Source: a virus
Taxonomy: Duplodnaviria > Caudoviricetes
DNA: 34,565 nt
Reading direction: 5' to 3' (one strand)
IMG/VR virus record: IMGVR_UViG_3300027697_000048
Span: 1-34,565 of that record
Part shown: positions 22,990-33,183 of the stretch, piece after piece
Layout of the letters: every line of letters starts with the position of its first letter
Position numbering within the stretch: the first letter of the stretch is position 1
Translations under genes and position numbers: made by a program
The notes under the pieces: generated by a model
Told to the model about the DNA's origin: nothing
The model's input: only the letters and a program-made list of their open reading frames with translations
Database searches by the model: none

Positions 22990-25213
22990 GCGAGACGGTT
23001 ACAAAGACCCCCTCGTCTACCACGAAAAGAAGCCAGACATCGTCAACCTGCTGGTCGAGTACCAGCGGTCCGCGTACCATGGCACCATGGTCAGCAAGAT
23101 GGTCTGGGCCGACGACATCAGGCTGGCCCGCTGGGCTGGCCAGACCGACGACGGCAAGAAGCACTCTTGGGCCAGACCTGATGGCGACCCGGCGTTCCCG
23201 TTCGAGGGTGCGTCTGACGTCCGCGTCCGCCTTATCGACCGACTCATCAGGGACCAGAAGGCAATGCTGATGACCGCCTTCAACTCCAGCACACTCAAGG
23301 TGGGTGGTACCGAGATTGGCGATACGCTCGCCGCCTCATCGGCAACCAGCCTCATGCGTTGGCTGGTGGAGACCAAGTTGAAGTCCGAGTTCCACCGGGA
23401 AGCCGAACTGGTGGCAGACTACATGCTCACCTATGGCTGGTCCTGTGCCCAGATTACTTGGGACCGCCAGATTGGCCTCCGTCGCCAGACCATGACCATG
23501 GAGGAGTTGTACGCCGTGGCCGAGCAGGAAAAGGCCATGGGCATGAACAACGCCGAGATGCTCATTCAGGCCATCTCCAATCCGTCTAAGGAGGACTACG
23601 CGGTTGAGTTGGCCCGTCAGCAGTTGCCGAAGATGAAGGTTAAGCAACTCCGCAAGTTCGTCAGAGACATGCGTGAAATCGGCTCGGGTGAACTTGAGGA
23701 GGTGTACATCCAGAAGAACCTCCCCAAGATTACCGCCCTCAAGCCGTTCGACGAAATCTGTTTCCCGCCAGAGACCAGCGACCTCCAGCAAGCCAGAGTC
23801 ATCTTCCGCCGCCAGTACATGACGGAGGTTGAACTGCGGTCGATGATTAAGAACGCCAACTGGGACCCGGAGTTCGTGGAGGCCGCGGCTAAGACCATCG
23901 GTAACCACTACTACTTCAACGACCCTAACCTCGTACCGACGACTACCGTGCTGAACTCGAATGTTCAGCGTGGCGACAACCTCGTCGAGGTGGTTTGGGC
24001 CTATTACCGCCAGTTGGACGAAGCGGACATCCCTTCCATCTACTACACGGTATTCTCCCCTCAGGTTGGCAACGAGATGTACGCCATCCAAGAGATGCTG
24101 AACTACGCCCACGGCGAGTACCCGTTCATCCCGATTCGTTTTGAGATGTCCCGCCGTCAGGTCACGGAAAGCCGAGGCATCCCGGAAATCAGCAAGACCG
24201 AGCAGGACGAGGTCAAGGCCCAGCACGATGCCTTCCGCGACCGCACAGCCCTCGAAATCATGCCGCCCGTCAAGGTGGTCAAGCGTGTCGGTGCCCTCAA
24301 CCGAATCGCCCCCGGTCAGGTCCTGCCAGTCTCCACCAAGGACGACTACACTTGGATGGAGCCTCCGTCCGGCAAGGCTGAGTACGCCATCGCCATCATC
24401 AAGCAAATCGAGGTCAACCTAGGCAACTTCTACGGCTTTATCGTCGGGGATGAGATTGACCCCAACAAGGTTCGCATGCTCCAGCAGTTGCAGGTCAACA
24501 ACTGGCTCCAGTTCTGGACTCAGGTCTACAAGCAGATGTTCTCACTGTGCCTGCAATTCATGCCCGAGGAGGAGGTGACTCGCATCACCAACGCCCCGCT
24601 GAAGCAGAACATGTCGGACATCCATAGCCAGTACGACTTCAATGTCCGCTTTGACGTTCGCGATACCGACCCTGAGTTCGTCATGGAGAAACTCAAGGCC
24701 ATCGTCGAGACTGTCGTCCCGCTGGACAGCGGTGGCGTCATCGACCGCAACAAGTTGGTCAAGTTGGTCGTCGAGGCTATCAGCCCGGATGCGGCCCGCG
24801 AACTTGTCATCGACCAGACCACGGCTTCCCAGAAACTGTACAAGGATGTCATCAACGATGTCGGCATGATGATGCTCGGCAACGAGGCCCTGTACGTGGA
24901 AAACGACCCGACCGCCGAATCGAAGATGCAGTACCTTCAGGAGATTCTTCAGAAGAACCCGAAAGCCGCCGCCGCGGCCCAAGGCGACAGAATCTTCCAA
25001 ATCCTGCTGGAGAACTACACCAAGAATCTCCAGATGTCCGTCGAACAGCAGAAGAACAAGCAAATCGGCCGTATCGGCGTCTCCCCTGCGTCGGAGCAAA
25101 TTCAGGGCGAAATGCAGGAAGCCCAAGCGGAGCAGGCCCAGCAGGCTCCGATGGAGGAACAGCAGGCTCCGGGCGGCGTGCCGCAACCGGGAATGGGCAC
25201 CGGGATGCTCTAA
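22973..25213 (+). CDS. Portal protein
   Basis: 746 aa after TerL; PFEGASD, HGEYPF, SRGIPE..Q..K motifs; Q-rich C-terminal tail. Confidence 0.88.
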   Translation: MSTFNKRDGYKDPLVYHEKKPDIVNLLVEYQRSAYHGTMVSKMVWADDIRLARWAGQTDDGKKHSWARPDGDPAFPFEGASDVRVRLIDRLIRDQKAMLMTAFNSSTLKVGGTEIGDTLAASSATSLMRWLVETKLKSEFHREAELVADYMLTYGWSCAQITWDRQIGLRRQTMTMEELYAVAEQEKAMGMNNAEMLIQAISNPSKEDYAVELARQQLPKMKVKQLRKFVRDMREIGSGELEEVYIQKNLPKITALKPFDEICFPPETSDLQQARVIFRRQYMTEVELRSMIKNANWDPEFVEAAAKTIGNHYYFNDPNLVPTTTVLNSNVQRGDNLVEVVWAYYRQLDEADIPSIYYTVFSPQVGNEMYAIQEMLNYAHGEYPFIPIRFEMSRRQVTESRGIPEISKTEQDEVKAQHDAFRDRTALEIMPPVKVVKRVGALNRIAPGQVLPVSTKDDYTWMEPPSGKAEYAIAIIKQIEVNLGNFYGFIVGDEIDPNKVRMLQQLQVNNWLQFWTQVYKQMFSLCLQFMPEEEVTRITNAPLKQNMSDIHSQYDFNVRFDVRDTDPEFVMEKLKAIVETVVPLDSGGVIDRNKLVKLVVEAISPDAARELVIDQTTASQKLYKDVINDVGMMMLGNEALYVENDPTAESKMQYLQEILQKNPKAAAAAQGDRIFQILLENYTKNLQMSVEQQKNKQIGRIGVSPASEQIQGEMQEAQAEQAQQAPMEEQQAPGGVPQPGMGTGML

Positions 25214-25216
25214 TCC

Positions 25217-25501
25217 ATGGAAATCGACCCAAACACGAAGGCGTTCGGCTTCGTCAACAAGGACGCAGAGGAGGTGTACAACGCCATTCTAGTCCTTCTC
25301 GACGCCGAATTCCAAAACTGCCTAGTCACCGTCATGAATCCCAAGGTCGTCGGCGAAGAAAAAGCCTTCGCCGCAGGCCAAATCACCGCCTACAACGACG
25401 CCTTGCGTCTTTTTCAGGCTAACAGGGACTTCATGATGAAGGTGCGGACAGGAGAAAAGCATACCAAAGCAGACCAAAGCGGTGGTCATGGGGTCATCTG
25501 A
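25217..25501 (+). CDS. Small portal-adjacent helical protein
   Basis: 94 aa with EKAFAAGQ..A..D; position between portal and scaffold. Confidence 0.65.
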   Translation: MEIDPNTKAFGFVNKDAEEVYNAILVLLDAEFQNCLVTVMNPKVVGEEKAFAAGQITAYNDALRLFQANRDFMMKVRTGEKHTKADQSGGHGVI

Positions 25502-25563
25502 CTTGCTAACGCCACCACACGGACGATTTTCGGACTACTTCTGCGTGCTAAGTAACGCTGACT

Positions 25564-26547
25564 ATGGAACCAGACTCCAACATCCCGTCTAACGACGAAA
25601 TCCTCGGACTTGAGCCCGAGGCTAATCAACTCATGGCCCAACCAAGCGAGCGTGCCGACCTCGCTGATGATGAAAAACTCACCCAATTCTTTGGGAGAGC
25701 ACTTGCTGACGGTCAGCAGGAAGCAGTTGAGCCCGCTGTTGAACAGGCTCAGGCCGAGGAGGACCTTTCAGATGGGTCCGAGACCGAGCCAGAACCCCAG
25801 AATGAGGAAACTCACGGGGAGGAGCAGTATCAGGAGGAGCCGAGGGCGTCGAAGGGCGTCGACAAGCGAATCTCGAAACTGACCGCTCAGCGTAAAGAGG
25901 CTGAGGAACGTGCAAAGAAGTTGGAATCGGAACTCGAAACGCTCAAGCGTCAAAAGGCCGCTCCCAGAAACGAGGCTAATCCATTCAATGCCTTCGATTC
26001 AGAGGAGAAAATTCAGGCCGAGTACGAGCGTCAGAAGGAAATCCGACTTTTCTGCGAACGTTACCCAGACGGGTACTACGAGGACGGCAAGGAACCAATC
26101 TCTAAGGAGCAGATTGCCAAGGCGAAAGTCACGGCACTCAAGGCCGTGGACGATTACCTGCCGGAGCAGTTGGATTACGTGACCAAGAGCAAGGCCTTCC
26201 ATGGCATGGCTCGCAAGGAATTCCCTTGGCTGGACAACGACCAAGACAAGCGGGCCATCATGGCCAAGCGTTTCGTCGAGGCCGTCCCAGAACTCAAGAG
26301 ATTCCCGGACTACGAAATCTACGCCGCTCACCTCGCCAACGGTATGGTGTCCTATCAGCAGCAGAAAGCCGCCGCTAGACAGGGTATCGCACCGCAGAGA
26401 GTACCGGTCCAGCCGACCAGCAATGCTATGCCAAGCCCTGCGGCCCAGAAGGCCAACGGTAACGTGGCAAAGCAAGCCGCGGAACGCTACAAGCGAACCT
26501 CTTCCCTCGACGACCTGTCCGAGGTGTTCAGAAACAAGTTCATCTGA
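25564..26547 (+). CDS. Capsid scaffolding protein
   Basis: Acidic N-terminus, GVDKRISKLTAQRKEAEE coiled coil and C-terminal helix; immediately upstream of the MCP. Confidence 0.8.
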   Translation: MEPDSNIPSNDEILGLEPEANQLMAQPSERADLADDEKLTQFFGRALADGQQEAVEPAVEQAQAEEDLSDGSETEPEPQNEETHGEEQYQEEPRASKGVDKRISKLTAQRKEAEERAKKLESELETLKRQKAAPRNEANPFNAFDSEEKIQAEYERQKEIRLFCERYPDGYYEDGKEPISKEQIAKAKVTALKAVDDYLPEQLDYVTKSKAFHGMARKEFPWLDNDQDKRAIMAKRFVEAVPELKRFPDYEIYAAHLANGMVSYQQQKAAARQGIAPQRVPVQPTSNAMPSPAAQKANGNVAKQAAERYKRTSSLDDLSEVFRNKFI

Positions 26548-26565
26548 GCCAAAATCATCATCACT

Positions 26566-27972
26566 ATGGCCTCCCTATTCGAGTCCCAGTTCCAGAATCA
26601 GCGTCCCTTGCAGGGTGCCCGCGTGGGTATCCGCGAGGAACTCTCCGACCTCATCACCAACGTCGACGCCAAGGAGACCCCCATCTCCTCCATGGCCAAG
26701 CGTGGTTCCAAGCCCGGTAACACCACGTTCCGCTGGCAGGTCGACCGCAATCCCGAGCCGTCCGTCGAACTCGGCATCCTTGATGGCAAGGACGTCGACC
26801 CGACGAACCCCTCGTCCAACGCCGACTTCAAGCAGTACACCATCGGGTACCGCACGGAAGTCGAGAACAACATCCACCTGTTCCGCAGAGCGGTCCACGT
26901 GTCCAACCTCACTCAGGACATCCTGAACATCGCCGGTGTTCAGAACGAACTGAGCCGCCAGTTGGCGAAGGCCACCATCGACCTCAAGCGTTCGATGGAA
27001 ATCACCTTCACCTCTGACATCATGCCCGCCATCGACGACGGCGTGACCCCGTATCGCACCCGTTGCCTTACGGCTTGGCTGAAGAAGGACAAGGCTACCG
27101 CCACCACGAACGCCGACAAGTACGGCGTCCAGAACCAGTCCATCCGCGAAATCGACTCGAACTTCGTCACCCCTGACTCCTCCATCGTCGGCACGGGCAC
27201 CGATGTCAGCAACCTCAACGAGAACACCGTTCAGGATGTCATGACCTCGGTCTACGAGCAGACCGGCCAGTTCAAGAACCACGAAGCCGTCGTCGGCACG
27301 AAACTCAAGCGTCAGTTCACGGAACTCGTCTACACGACCCGTGCTCCCGCTGGTCCTTCGTCCTCCACGGGCATCCGCTCCACCCGCGACGCCAACTCGG
27401 ACACCATCTCGGCCTCCGTCGACTACTTCGAGGGCGATTTCGGTAAGTTGGCTCTCATCCCGACCCAGTTCCTCCACGCTGGCGTCAACCCCTACACCAT
27501 CGTCGAGTTCACCGAAGGTGGCGTCCAGAAGTTCAAGTTGTACGACGGCCGCGAGACCTCCGAGTCCAACCGCGTCAAGTCGCTGACCTCCGACGGTTCC
27601 ACCGCCGGTGCCATCAGCGTCTCCGCTGGCAACCTCGAAGCCAAGAAGGCTGTGTTCCTCACCGCCTCCGCGAACGCCCTGACGGCCGATAACCTCGTCA
27701 TCGCCGCCGCGTCGTCCTCGACCGCAGACCGCAACGCCGCCGCCGCTCTGGCGAAGTATCGTGCGAACCTGCACCTCGAAAACGCCAAGTGCAAGGGCTT
27801 CATCATCCCTTGGGACATGCTCGAAGTCCGCTACGGCGGTAACATCGCTCAGGTCCGCGAACTCACCGAAAATGGCGGCGGTCCTCGTCGCATGATGGAG
27901 GCCATGGCGGCTCTGCTCGTCCACAGCCCCCTGACCTTCGGTATGTTCGACTACAAGGCGAACAACGCCTAA
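26566..27972 (+). CDS. Major capsid protein (HK97 fold, SU10/DUF5309-like)
   Basis: REELSDLITNVD..ETP..S, W..D, N..H.FR, ELSRQ..K...LKR..E and DFGKL..IP; strongly biased codons. Confidence 0.9.
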   Translation: MASLFESQFQNQRPLQGARVGIREELSDLITNVDAKETPISSMAKRGSKPGNTTFRWQVDRNPEPSVELGILDGKDVDPTNPSSNADFKQYTIGYRTEVENNIHLFRRAVHVSNLTQDILNIAGVQNELSRQLAKATIDLKRSMEITFTSDIMPAIDDGVTPYRTRCLTAWLKKDKATATTNADKYGVQNQSIREIDSNFVTPDSSIVGTGTDVSNLNENTVQDVMTSVYEQTGQFKNHEAVVGTKLKRQFTELVYTTRAPAGPSSSTGIRSTRDANSDTISASVDYFEGDFGKLALIPTQFLHAGVNPYTIVEFTEGGVQKFKLYDGRETSESNRVKSLTSDGSTAGAISVSAGNLEAKKAVFLTASANALTADNLVIAAASSSTADRNAAAALAKYRANLHLENAKCKGFIIPWDMLEVRYGGNIAQVRELTENGGGPRRMMEAMAALLVHSPLTFGMFDYKANNA

Positions 27973-27984
27973 TCGGGTACGGAC

Positions 27985-28356
27985 GTGGCTGGTCTTGAAT
28001 CCATCCACGAATCCATCCCCGACGAACTCATACCAGACATGGTAGCCGAGTTCCGTCGGGGGTGGGCCCTCCGTAAGGCTCAGGCCGCGGCCACTAAAAA
28101 GGCCATGGCTCAATTCAACCAACTTCAACACCGTCACGTTGAAGGTCTTGGACAAATGTCGGCCCGTATTCCTGAGGAATCCTACCATTACTGGGGGATG
28201 AGACTGGGGTACGAATGCTGGCGTGACGATGGGTTCATGAAGGAGTTCCTTCGTGATAACCCCGAGTGCAGGGTGAACTCCAAAGCGGAGAACACCACCC
28301 TGCTGGTCAACGGCACCAAGGGCCTCGTAGATGCCCACGGCCGTCTACTTTCTTAA
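27985..28356 (+). CDS. Hypothetical protein following the MCP
   Basis: ARIP..YHYW....GYECW.D..F.KEF.RDNPE.RV pattern; GTG start. Confidence 0.7.
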   Translation: MAGLESIHESIPDELIPDMVAEFRRGWALRKAQAAATKKAMAQFNQLQHRHVEGLGQMSARIPEESYHYWGMRLGYECWRDDGFMKEFLRDNPECRVNSKAENTTLLVNGTKGLVDAHGRLLS

Positions 28357-28601
28357 TGCCTAGAGCATCCAAGCCAACCCCTCCAACGCCCCCGGCTAAG
28401 CCCGCTGGGCACATGCAGGACCCTGTGCCTGTTCAGACCTTCAGAGACGCCTCGGCATACCATGCCGCCAGACAGGCCATGAAGGACGCCGGTAGGGACA
28501 CTAGGGGGTCCGTCTCCATGGACGGGACCTACACGCTCGGTGCTACCAATTACAAGCGTCGCCCAGAAGCCAAGGGCAACAACATGCAACCAATGGAATG
28601 A
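28356..28601 (+). CDS. Small Pro-rich hypothetical protein (81 aa)
   Basis: TAATG overlap upstream and ATGA overlap downstream. Confidence 0.55.
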   Translation: MPRASKPTPPTPPAKPAGHMQDPVPVQTFRDASAYHAARQAMKDAGRDTRGSVSMDGTYTLGATNYKRRPEAKGNNMQPME

Positions 28602-29344
28602 GAAGCGTCTACTTCAGCGAAATCCTCCATACGGCCCTGCAACTTGCTGGTCTGGATAGGGGCCTTACTACGCCTGAGCGTTTCGCCATGGTCAGGGACT
28701 TCGCGTCCATGCGTCTTCGTTCCGTCTGGGAGATGAACGAATGGACCGACCTGAAGGTGCTGACCAACTGCCCGGTCGTTTTGGTCGGTGAACGCCGCAC
28801 CGTCCCGCTGGACGCATCAAAAGGCCAAGTCTTGACCATCTGGGACAAGGACCCGCTGGCCTACAGTGCCACCCAAAGGGACTTTGAACTCATCAATGGC
28901 GAGATTACCCTCCGTAGCCGCACGGATAGCAACGTCTGGGTCGAGAGCCGCAAGGAGGCTCCCCGCCTGTTCGGCGATGCTTGGAGCACCTCCCAGTCCT
29001 ACCGCAAGGGGGCTCAGGTCTACTACGACTCTGGCTCGGAAAGCGGCTCCCTTGTCCCTGTCAACGGCTTCCCGGTTCAGGGCGACTTCTATGAGTACAC
29101 GGGCACTAATCCTTCAGGCACTGGCTCGATTCCTACGGTTGCTTCGTGGGAAAGAGTCGTCATCCCGAAACTCTTTGCCAACGCCGTTATCCATGGCGTC
29201 CACGCTGACTACCGACGCTCTACGAACGAACTCGAAGCGGCCCAGTCGGCGGAAGCGGACTACGCGAAAGCGGTAGACTCCGCCCTTGACCAGACCCTGC
29301 GTCAACAGGGCTCGACAAGACCCATCAACTTTAGAGGATACTAA
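28598..29344 (+). CDS. Head-tail adaptor (tail tubular A-like) with an inserted CBM5/12-like module
   Basis: Helical N- and C-termini (IP..FA..VIHG..ADY.R) around a beta core; insert AWSTSQSYRKGAQVYY..FYE..P...W. Confidence 0.6.
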   Translation: MRSVYFSEILHTALQLAGLDRGLTTPERFAMVRDFASMRLRSVWEMNEWTDLKVLTNCPVVLVGERRTVPLDASKGQVLTIWDKDPLAYSATQRDFELINGEITLRSRTDSNVWVESRKEAPRLFGDAWSTSQSYRKGAQVYYDSGSESGSLVPVNGFPVQGDFYEYTGTNPSGTGSIPTVASWERVVIPKLFANAVIHGVHADYRRSTNELEAAQSAEADYAKAVDSALDQTLRQQGSTRPINFRGY

Positions 29345-29345
29345 C

Positions 29346-29642
29346 ATGTTCAAACTACTCCCCCAACAGATTCCGAGTGTCTCCGTGACCTCGTTTGACA
29401 ACGCCGCCAGTGCCAAGGTGCTGGACCGTGCACGTAACCGCCGCATCTTCGGCATCGTCAACAGGGGGACCACCGTCATGGAAGTTCGCCTGAACGACGC
29501 TGGCAATGGCGACCCCATCTTCCTGAAGGCGGCTTCCACGCTGACCGCGGCTGATGGTGGTAGCCTTGAGTTCAATGGCTACAACGGCTACGTCTACGCC
29601 AAGGGCACCGGCTACGTCTATCACTTCTCCGAGGAAGTCTAA
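29346..29642 (+). CDS. Small beta-rich virion protein
   Basis: ATG 29346; R....I.N.G....V.L and DGGS.E..GY.G.V pattern. Confidence 0.6.
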   Translation: MFKLLPQQIPSVSVTSFDNAASAKVLDRARNRRIFGIVNRGTTVMEVRLNDAGNGDPIFLKAASTLTAADGGSLEFNGYNGYVYAKGTGYVYHFSEEV

Positions 29643-29645
29643 TCC

Positions 29646-30512
29646 ATGCCAATCTACAACGGCGGTGGCGGTGTCGCTGGCATCACCGTTGAGACCGACC
29701 CGTCGGCTCTCAAGATGGCCAACAACCTTAGCGACGTAGTCAACAAGGGTACGGCCAGAACGAACCTTCAAATCTACTCCAAGACCGAAGTAGACACGGC
29801 GGTCACTAACATCAGCCTGACGCCGGGGCCTCAAGGTCCTGCGGGTCCTGCGGGTCCCGCCGGAAGTGCCGGACCAATGGGTCCAGCGGGCCCAGCGGGA
29901 GAAGCGGGCCCAGCGGGTCAACAGGGTGCTGTTGGCGATACTGGCCCAGCGGGCGAGGCTGGCCCAGCGGGTCAAACCGGTCCAGCAGGTCCTGCTGGGT
30001 CGCTGGTCTACAACTACATGGGGGCGTACGACAATGGCCTCACCTACATCGTCAACAGTGCCGTAACGTTCCAAGGTCAGGTCTACGTCATGACGACCTC
30101 GGTTGGTGCCGCTGGGTATGACCCAGTTGGATACCCAAGTTACTGGACTCTGTTCGTTGCTAAGGGTGCCGATGGTGCGGACGGTGCAGATGGTGCAGTG
30201 ACGACTAACGAAGTGCAGTCCTACATGCTTACCTACGTCGCCGCTGGCGGTGGAGTTGCTTGTGCGGAAAGTAGTGGTACCAAGATTCTGGTGTCCGCCA
30301 ACTACCAGCCGCAGGTGGCCAATGACTACACAGGTCCGTACGTCGGACAGAATGGCGGATGGGTTCAACTTCCTACGTATCCAATCTCCAGTGCCTCCAC
30401 TCAGGCCAATGCAAGCGGTTACAGCAATGCCCAGTTTGACACTACCCACTACCCGACGGAACTGGCCCTGACCATCAACGGGGTTACATACTACGTCCCC
30501 GCTAGGTCGTGA
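29646..30512 (+). CDS. Collagen-like fibre protein
   Basis: ANNLSDV....[14 protein letters not shown], about 20 Gly-X-Y triplets, a CBM5/12-like module (GAYDNGLTY...V...G..Y...P...W) and C-terminal [10 protein letters not shown]. Confidence 0.85.
   Translation: MPIYNGGGGVAGITVETDPSALKMANNLSDVVNKGTARTNLQIYSKTEVDTAVTNISLTPGPQGPAGPAGPAGSAGPMGPAGPAGEAGPAGQQGAVGDTGPAGEAGPAGQTGPAGPAGSLVYNYMGAYDNGLTYIVNSAVTFQGQVYVMTTSVGAAGYDPVGYPSYWTLFVAKGADGADGADGAVTTNEVQSYMLTYVAAGGGVACAESSGTKILVSANYQPQVANDYTGPYVGQNGGWVQLPTYPISSASTQANASGYSNAQFDTTHYPTELALTINGVTYYVPARS
29826..30005 (+). repeat. Collagen Gly-X-Y repeat (9-bp period)
   Basis: [18 protein letters not shown] ... GPA GSL, 20 triplets. Confidence 0.9.
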
Positions 30513-31759
30513 TTCGTAGGGGGTCCATAGTCGTACCTACGGCCCCGTTTGTACCCCACCATCCGTTCCAAGTTGAGTGGGCTAAGGGAGTTCAACTCTG
30601 TTGCTACGTCGGGATAGTCGTCGACAGCGACATGGCCGAGACGGACGAGTGGAAGCCGAAGAAGTTTCCCGAGAAAATCGGCATGTCCATGGCCATAACT
30701 TCTCAGGGCATGTCCCAACGTAGGCTTGGCCAGAACAGGCAGGTCATGTCCAATAAGTTTTTTTCTACAGGGGCGAGAACTGGCTCCGTCAAGATTTACA
30801 GCAAGGCTGGCTTTGGAAGGGTTGCATCGAACACGGCACAGCCGCTGGACGAGCAAAAAGGCCGTGCCGAATGGAACGAGTCTGACATCCTTGGCACAAG
30901 CAAGCCCGACAGCGTTTACCTAGTTCTGCACCAAATCGCCGACAAGAAGTGGTGCCTAAGTTGGGTTAACGAGACAGACGTCGAGAAAGATGACGTCAGA
31001 ATCGTCGTAATCAAGAAGTCCGTAGGCAGGGGAATCAGGGACTGGTTCCTGCTCCAAATGTGGAAAAGCGATTACGTAGCCGCTAGGAGCGTCGTAAATC
31101 ATTTTTACGAGATGAACGTCAACCCGACGTCAACCGCGGGCACCTTCAGGGTAAAGTTCCAATACGACAGGGTAATCGAAGGCAACATGACGACCGGTGT
31201 TTCTTATCGTAGTTGGGTCCCCAGCACTCCTTGGGTAAACCAATACAACTTTCACACGCCTACGCTGGATTCGGTGGCATTGAACATGACCGAATCGCAG
31301 AATCCGCATAAGGACATAACCGAAACTACGTACTTCTTCCTCGAATTCACTCATGCACCTACGATTGGCCTCGGGGATTTGAACCCATACACGAACTCCG
31401 GCAATCTGTATGAGTGGATTGCAGACTCGATTACCGACTTCAAAATCACGTATTCGACGACGCCAATGTCCGGCTTTCAGAACGACCCGCCCAACACGAC
31501 AGATACCCTCTACAAGTACCCGCTTGGCTACGTTGAAATAACTAACAATGTGGCTACGGTCGTCATGCAGACGCACATCAAGGTGAAATCGGAGGACCTT
31601 CTTCGTATTGATTTTGGCGGAACTTGGAGCCCATCCGTATGGGAGTATCAGGGTGACGGCGAAAGCGGTGGTTACGTCATGACTTCGCCTACGGCCATCA
31701 CTGGCAACTGGTATTCTTACTTGTCGACGATGATTCAACCGCTACCAATGCTGACCTAA
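30509..31759 (+). CDS. Putative tail/receptor-binding protein (416 aa)
   Basis: Lies between the fibre and nozzle genes; beta-rich; visibly more AT-rich, with an aromatic/Thr-rich C-half. Confidence 0.55.
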   Translation: MIRRGSIVVPTAPFVPHHPFQVEWAKGVQLCCYVGIVVDSDMAETDEWKPKKFPEKIGMSMAITSQGMSQRRLGQNRQVMSNKFFSTGARTGSVKIYSKAGFGRVASNTAQPLDEQKGRAEWNESDILGTSKPDSVYLVLHQIADKKWCLSWVNETDVEKDDVRIVVIKKSVGRGIRDWFLLQMWKSDYVAARSVVNHFYEMNVNPTSTAGTFRVKFQYDRVIEGNMTTGVSYRSWVPSTPWVNQYNFHTPTLDSVALNMTESQNPHKDITETTYFFLEFTHAPTIGLGDLNPYTNSGNLYEWIADSITDFKITYSTTPMSGFQNDPPNTTDTLYKYPLGYVEITNNVATVVMQTHIKVKSEDLLRIDFGGTWSPSVWEYQGDGESGGYVMTSPTAITGNWYSYLSTMIQPLPMLT

Positions 31760-33183
31760 TGCCACGCGAATTCCAACAGGACGGCGAGGTCTCCTTCGGG
31801 GGCTTCAACAGTTTCCCCAACAGTTCCTCGTTCGACCCGAACAAGGGCATCCTTGAGTCGTCGGTCAACATGCGTATCGACGCCGGGGTCATGCGTCCAC
31901 GCTACGGGTGCGTCAAGGTATCCGACCCCCTGCTTGGGGACTGTGCCTACGCGGCCTCGTCCCACGGGGTGGAGGACTACATCCACGTATTCTCCGTCGG
32001 CGGTCAGGTAAAAAGCCTCTGCACCAGCAACCAGTACATCACCCCTACGACCCAGCCCACGCCTCCTAGGCCATACATCAAGTGCTCCGGGCAGGGCTAT
32101 GCCACCCTAGGGTCGATTGAGGCCGCTAAGGCCGAATTCTGGAACGGTGCCTACGACTTCACGACCTGTTGCAACGTCGTCGGCCGCATGGCCTACGCCA
32201 AGGGCGACCAAATCTGGTTCTCTCTGTTCGGCGGCATACAGCCATTCGACCCAGACACGCTTTCCCTGACCCTAGGGACTTACGACGACATCCTGAAACT
32301 GCACTATTCCAACACCACCCGCAAGTTGTACGCTTTTGGTGCTTCCAGCGTCTACGAGGTGGAGCCAGCCATCACCGCCGCGGCCTTGGCCGAGGGTAAG
32401 CCCAATGAATCCTTCTTCGCCAAGATTAAACTGCTTTCGGCTCAGGAGGGAATTGCGGCCCCAGACACGGTTGGCGAGACAAACGGCTCAATCATGTGGC
32501 TGGACAATGGTGGCCTCACCAAGATTGACCTAGGAAAGGGCATGATTGAGGGGGAAGGCCCGATTTCCGACCCTATCTTCGACATCTTCGGAGAACGGAA
32601 TAGTGCCGAGTTGGCCAATTGCACGGCCGTAGCCTGCCAAGGCCGCTATTACATCGCCTACCCTTCCGTCGGCTCTGGCCCGAACGACCGTGTCTTGGTC
32701 GTAAACACGACACTTCCGGGCACTTTCGAGAGCATCGACACCTACCCGTTCAACATCAAGCACCTCGTCAAGGCCAGAGACTCGCTGGGCATCCTGCGGG
32801 TCTACGCCGTCACGCCTAATGGCACGGTCTACCTGCTTGAGGAAGGCGATACGGACGCCGGGACCGCCATCCAAGCCTCGTTCAGGACCCGCGACTACAA
32901 CTTCCGCACCGACTTGGACAAGCGGTACGACGCCGTAACCATGAAAGTGGATACGAAAGGCTCGGCGACCTTCGAGATGCGGTTCCTAACCGTCAATCCC
33001 GACTCCTCCACGGCTATCGACAAAGTCGACGGCAACCTCGGCACAACGGTTCGGCGTGCTTTGGCTGGGAAAAAGTCCGTCGGCGGCAAGATTGAGGTGG
33101 TTGTTTCTGCTGGTCGACCTCACTTCTACTCTGTATCTGTTGATGCAACCGTTGCTGGCCGCTCTATCTTCGGCGTATTCTAA
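31759..33183 (+). CDS. Tail nozzle/DNA-stabilisation protein (tubular B/P22 gp10-like)
   Basis: N-terminal F.G...N.R..G...R.G; beta-propeller-like repeats; PISDPI, GRYYIAYP..ND.VLV.N and I.AS..TR.Y.F. Confidence 0.75.
   Translation: MPREFQQDGEVSFGGFNSFPNSSSFDPNKGILESSVNMRIDAGVMRPRYGCVKVSDPLLGDCAYAASSHGVEDYIHVFSVGGQVKSLCTSNQYITPTTQPTPPRPYIKCSGQGYATLGSIEAAKAEFWNGAYDFTTCCNVVGRMAYAKGDQIWFSLFGGIQPFDPDTLSLTLGTYDDILKLHYSNTTRKLYAFGASSVYEVEPAITAAALAEGKPNESFFAKIKLLSAQEGIAAPDTVGETNGSIMWLDNGGLTKIDLGKGMIEGEGPISDPIFDIFGERNSAELANCTAVACQGRYYIAYPSVGSGPNDRVLVVNTTLPGTFESIDTYPFNIKHLVKARDSLGILRVYAVTPNGTVYLLEEGDTDAGTAIQASFRTRDYNFRTDLDKRYDAVTMKVDTKGSATFEMRFLTVNPDSSTAIDKVDGNLGTTVRRALAGKKSVGGKIEVVVSAGRPHFYSVSVDATVAGRSIFGVF

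Noticed and set aside
26575-28338. 587-aa ORF antisense to the capsid gene
   Set aside because: It is a shadow of the strongly C-ending codon bias and has no recognisable motifs. The same applies to other long antisense ORFs (23336-24406, 13510-14544, 29355-30449, 9791-10582).
27970-28356. Stop-codon readthrough fusing the MCP to the in-frame downstream ORF
   Set aside because: The ORF is in frame, but that has a 1-in-3 chance; TAA-T is a strong stop context and the downstream gene has its own start.
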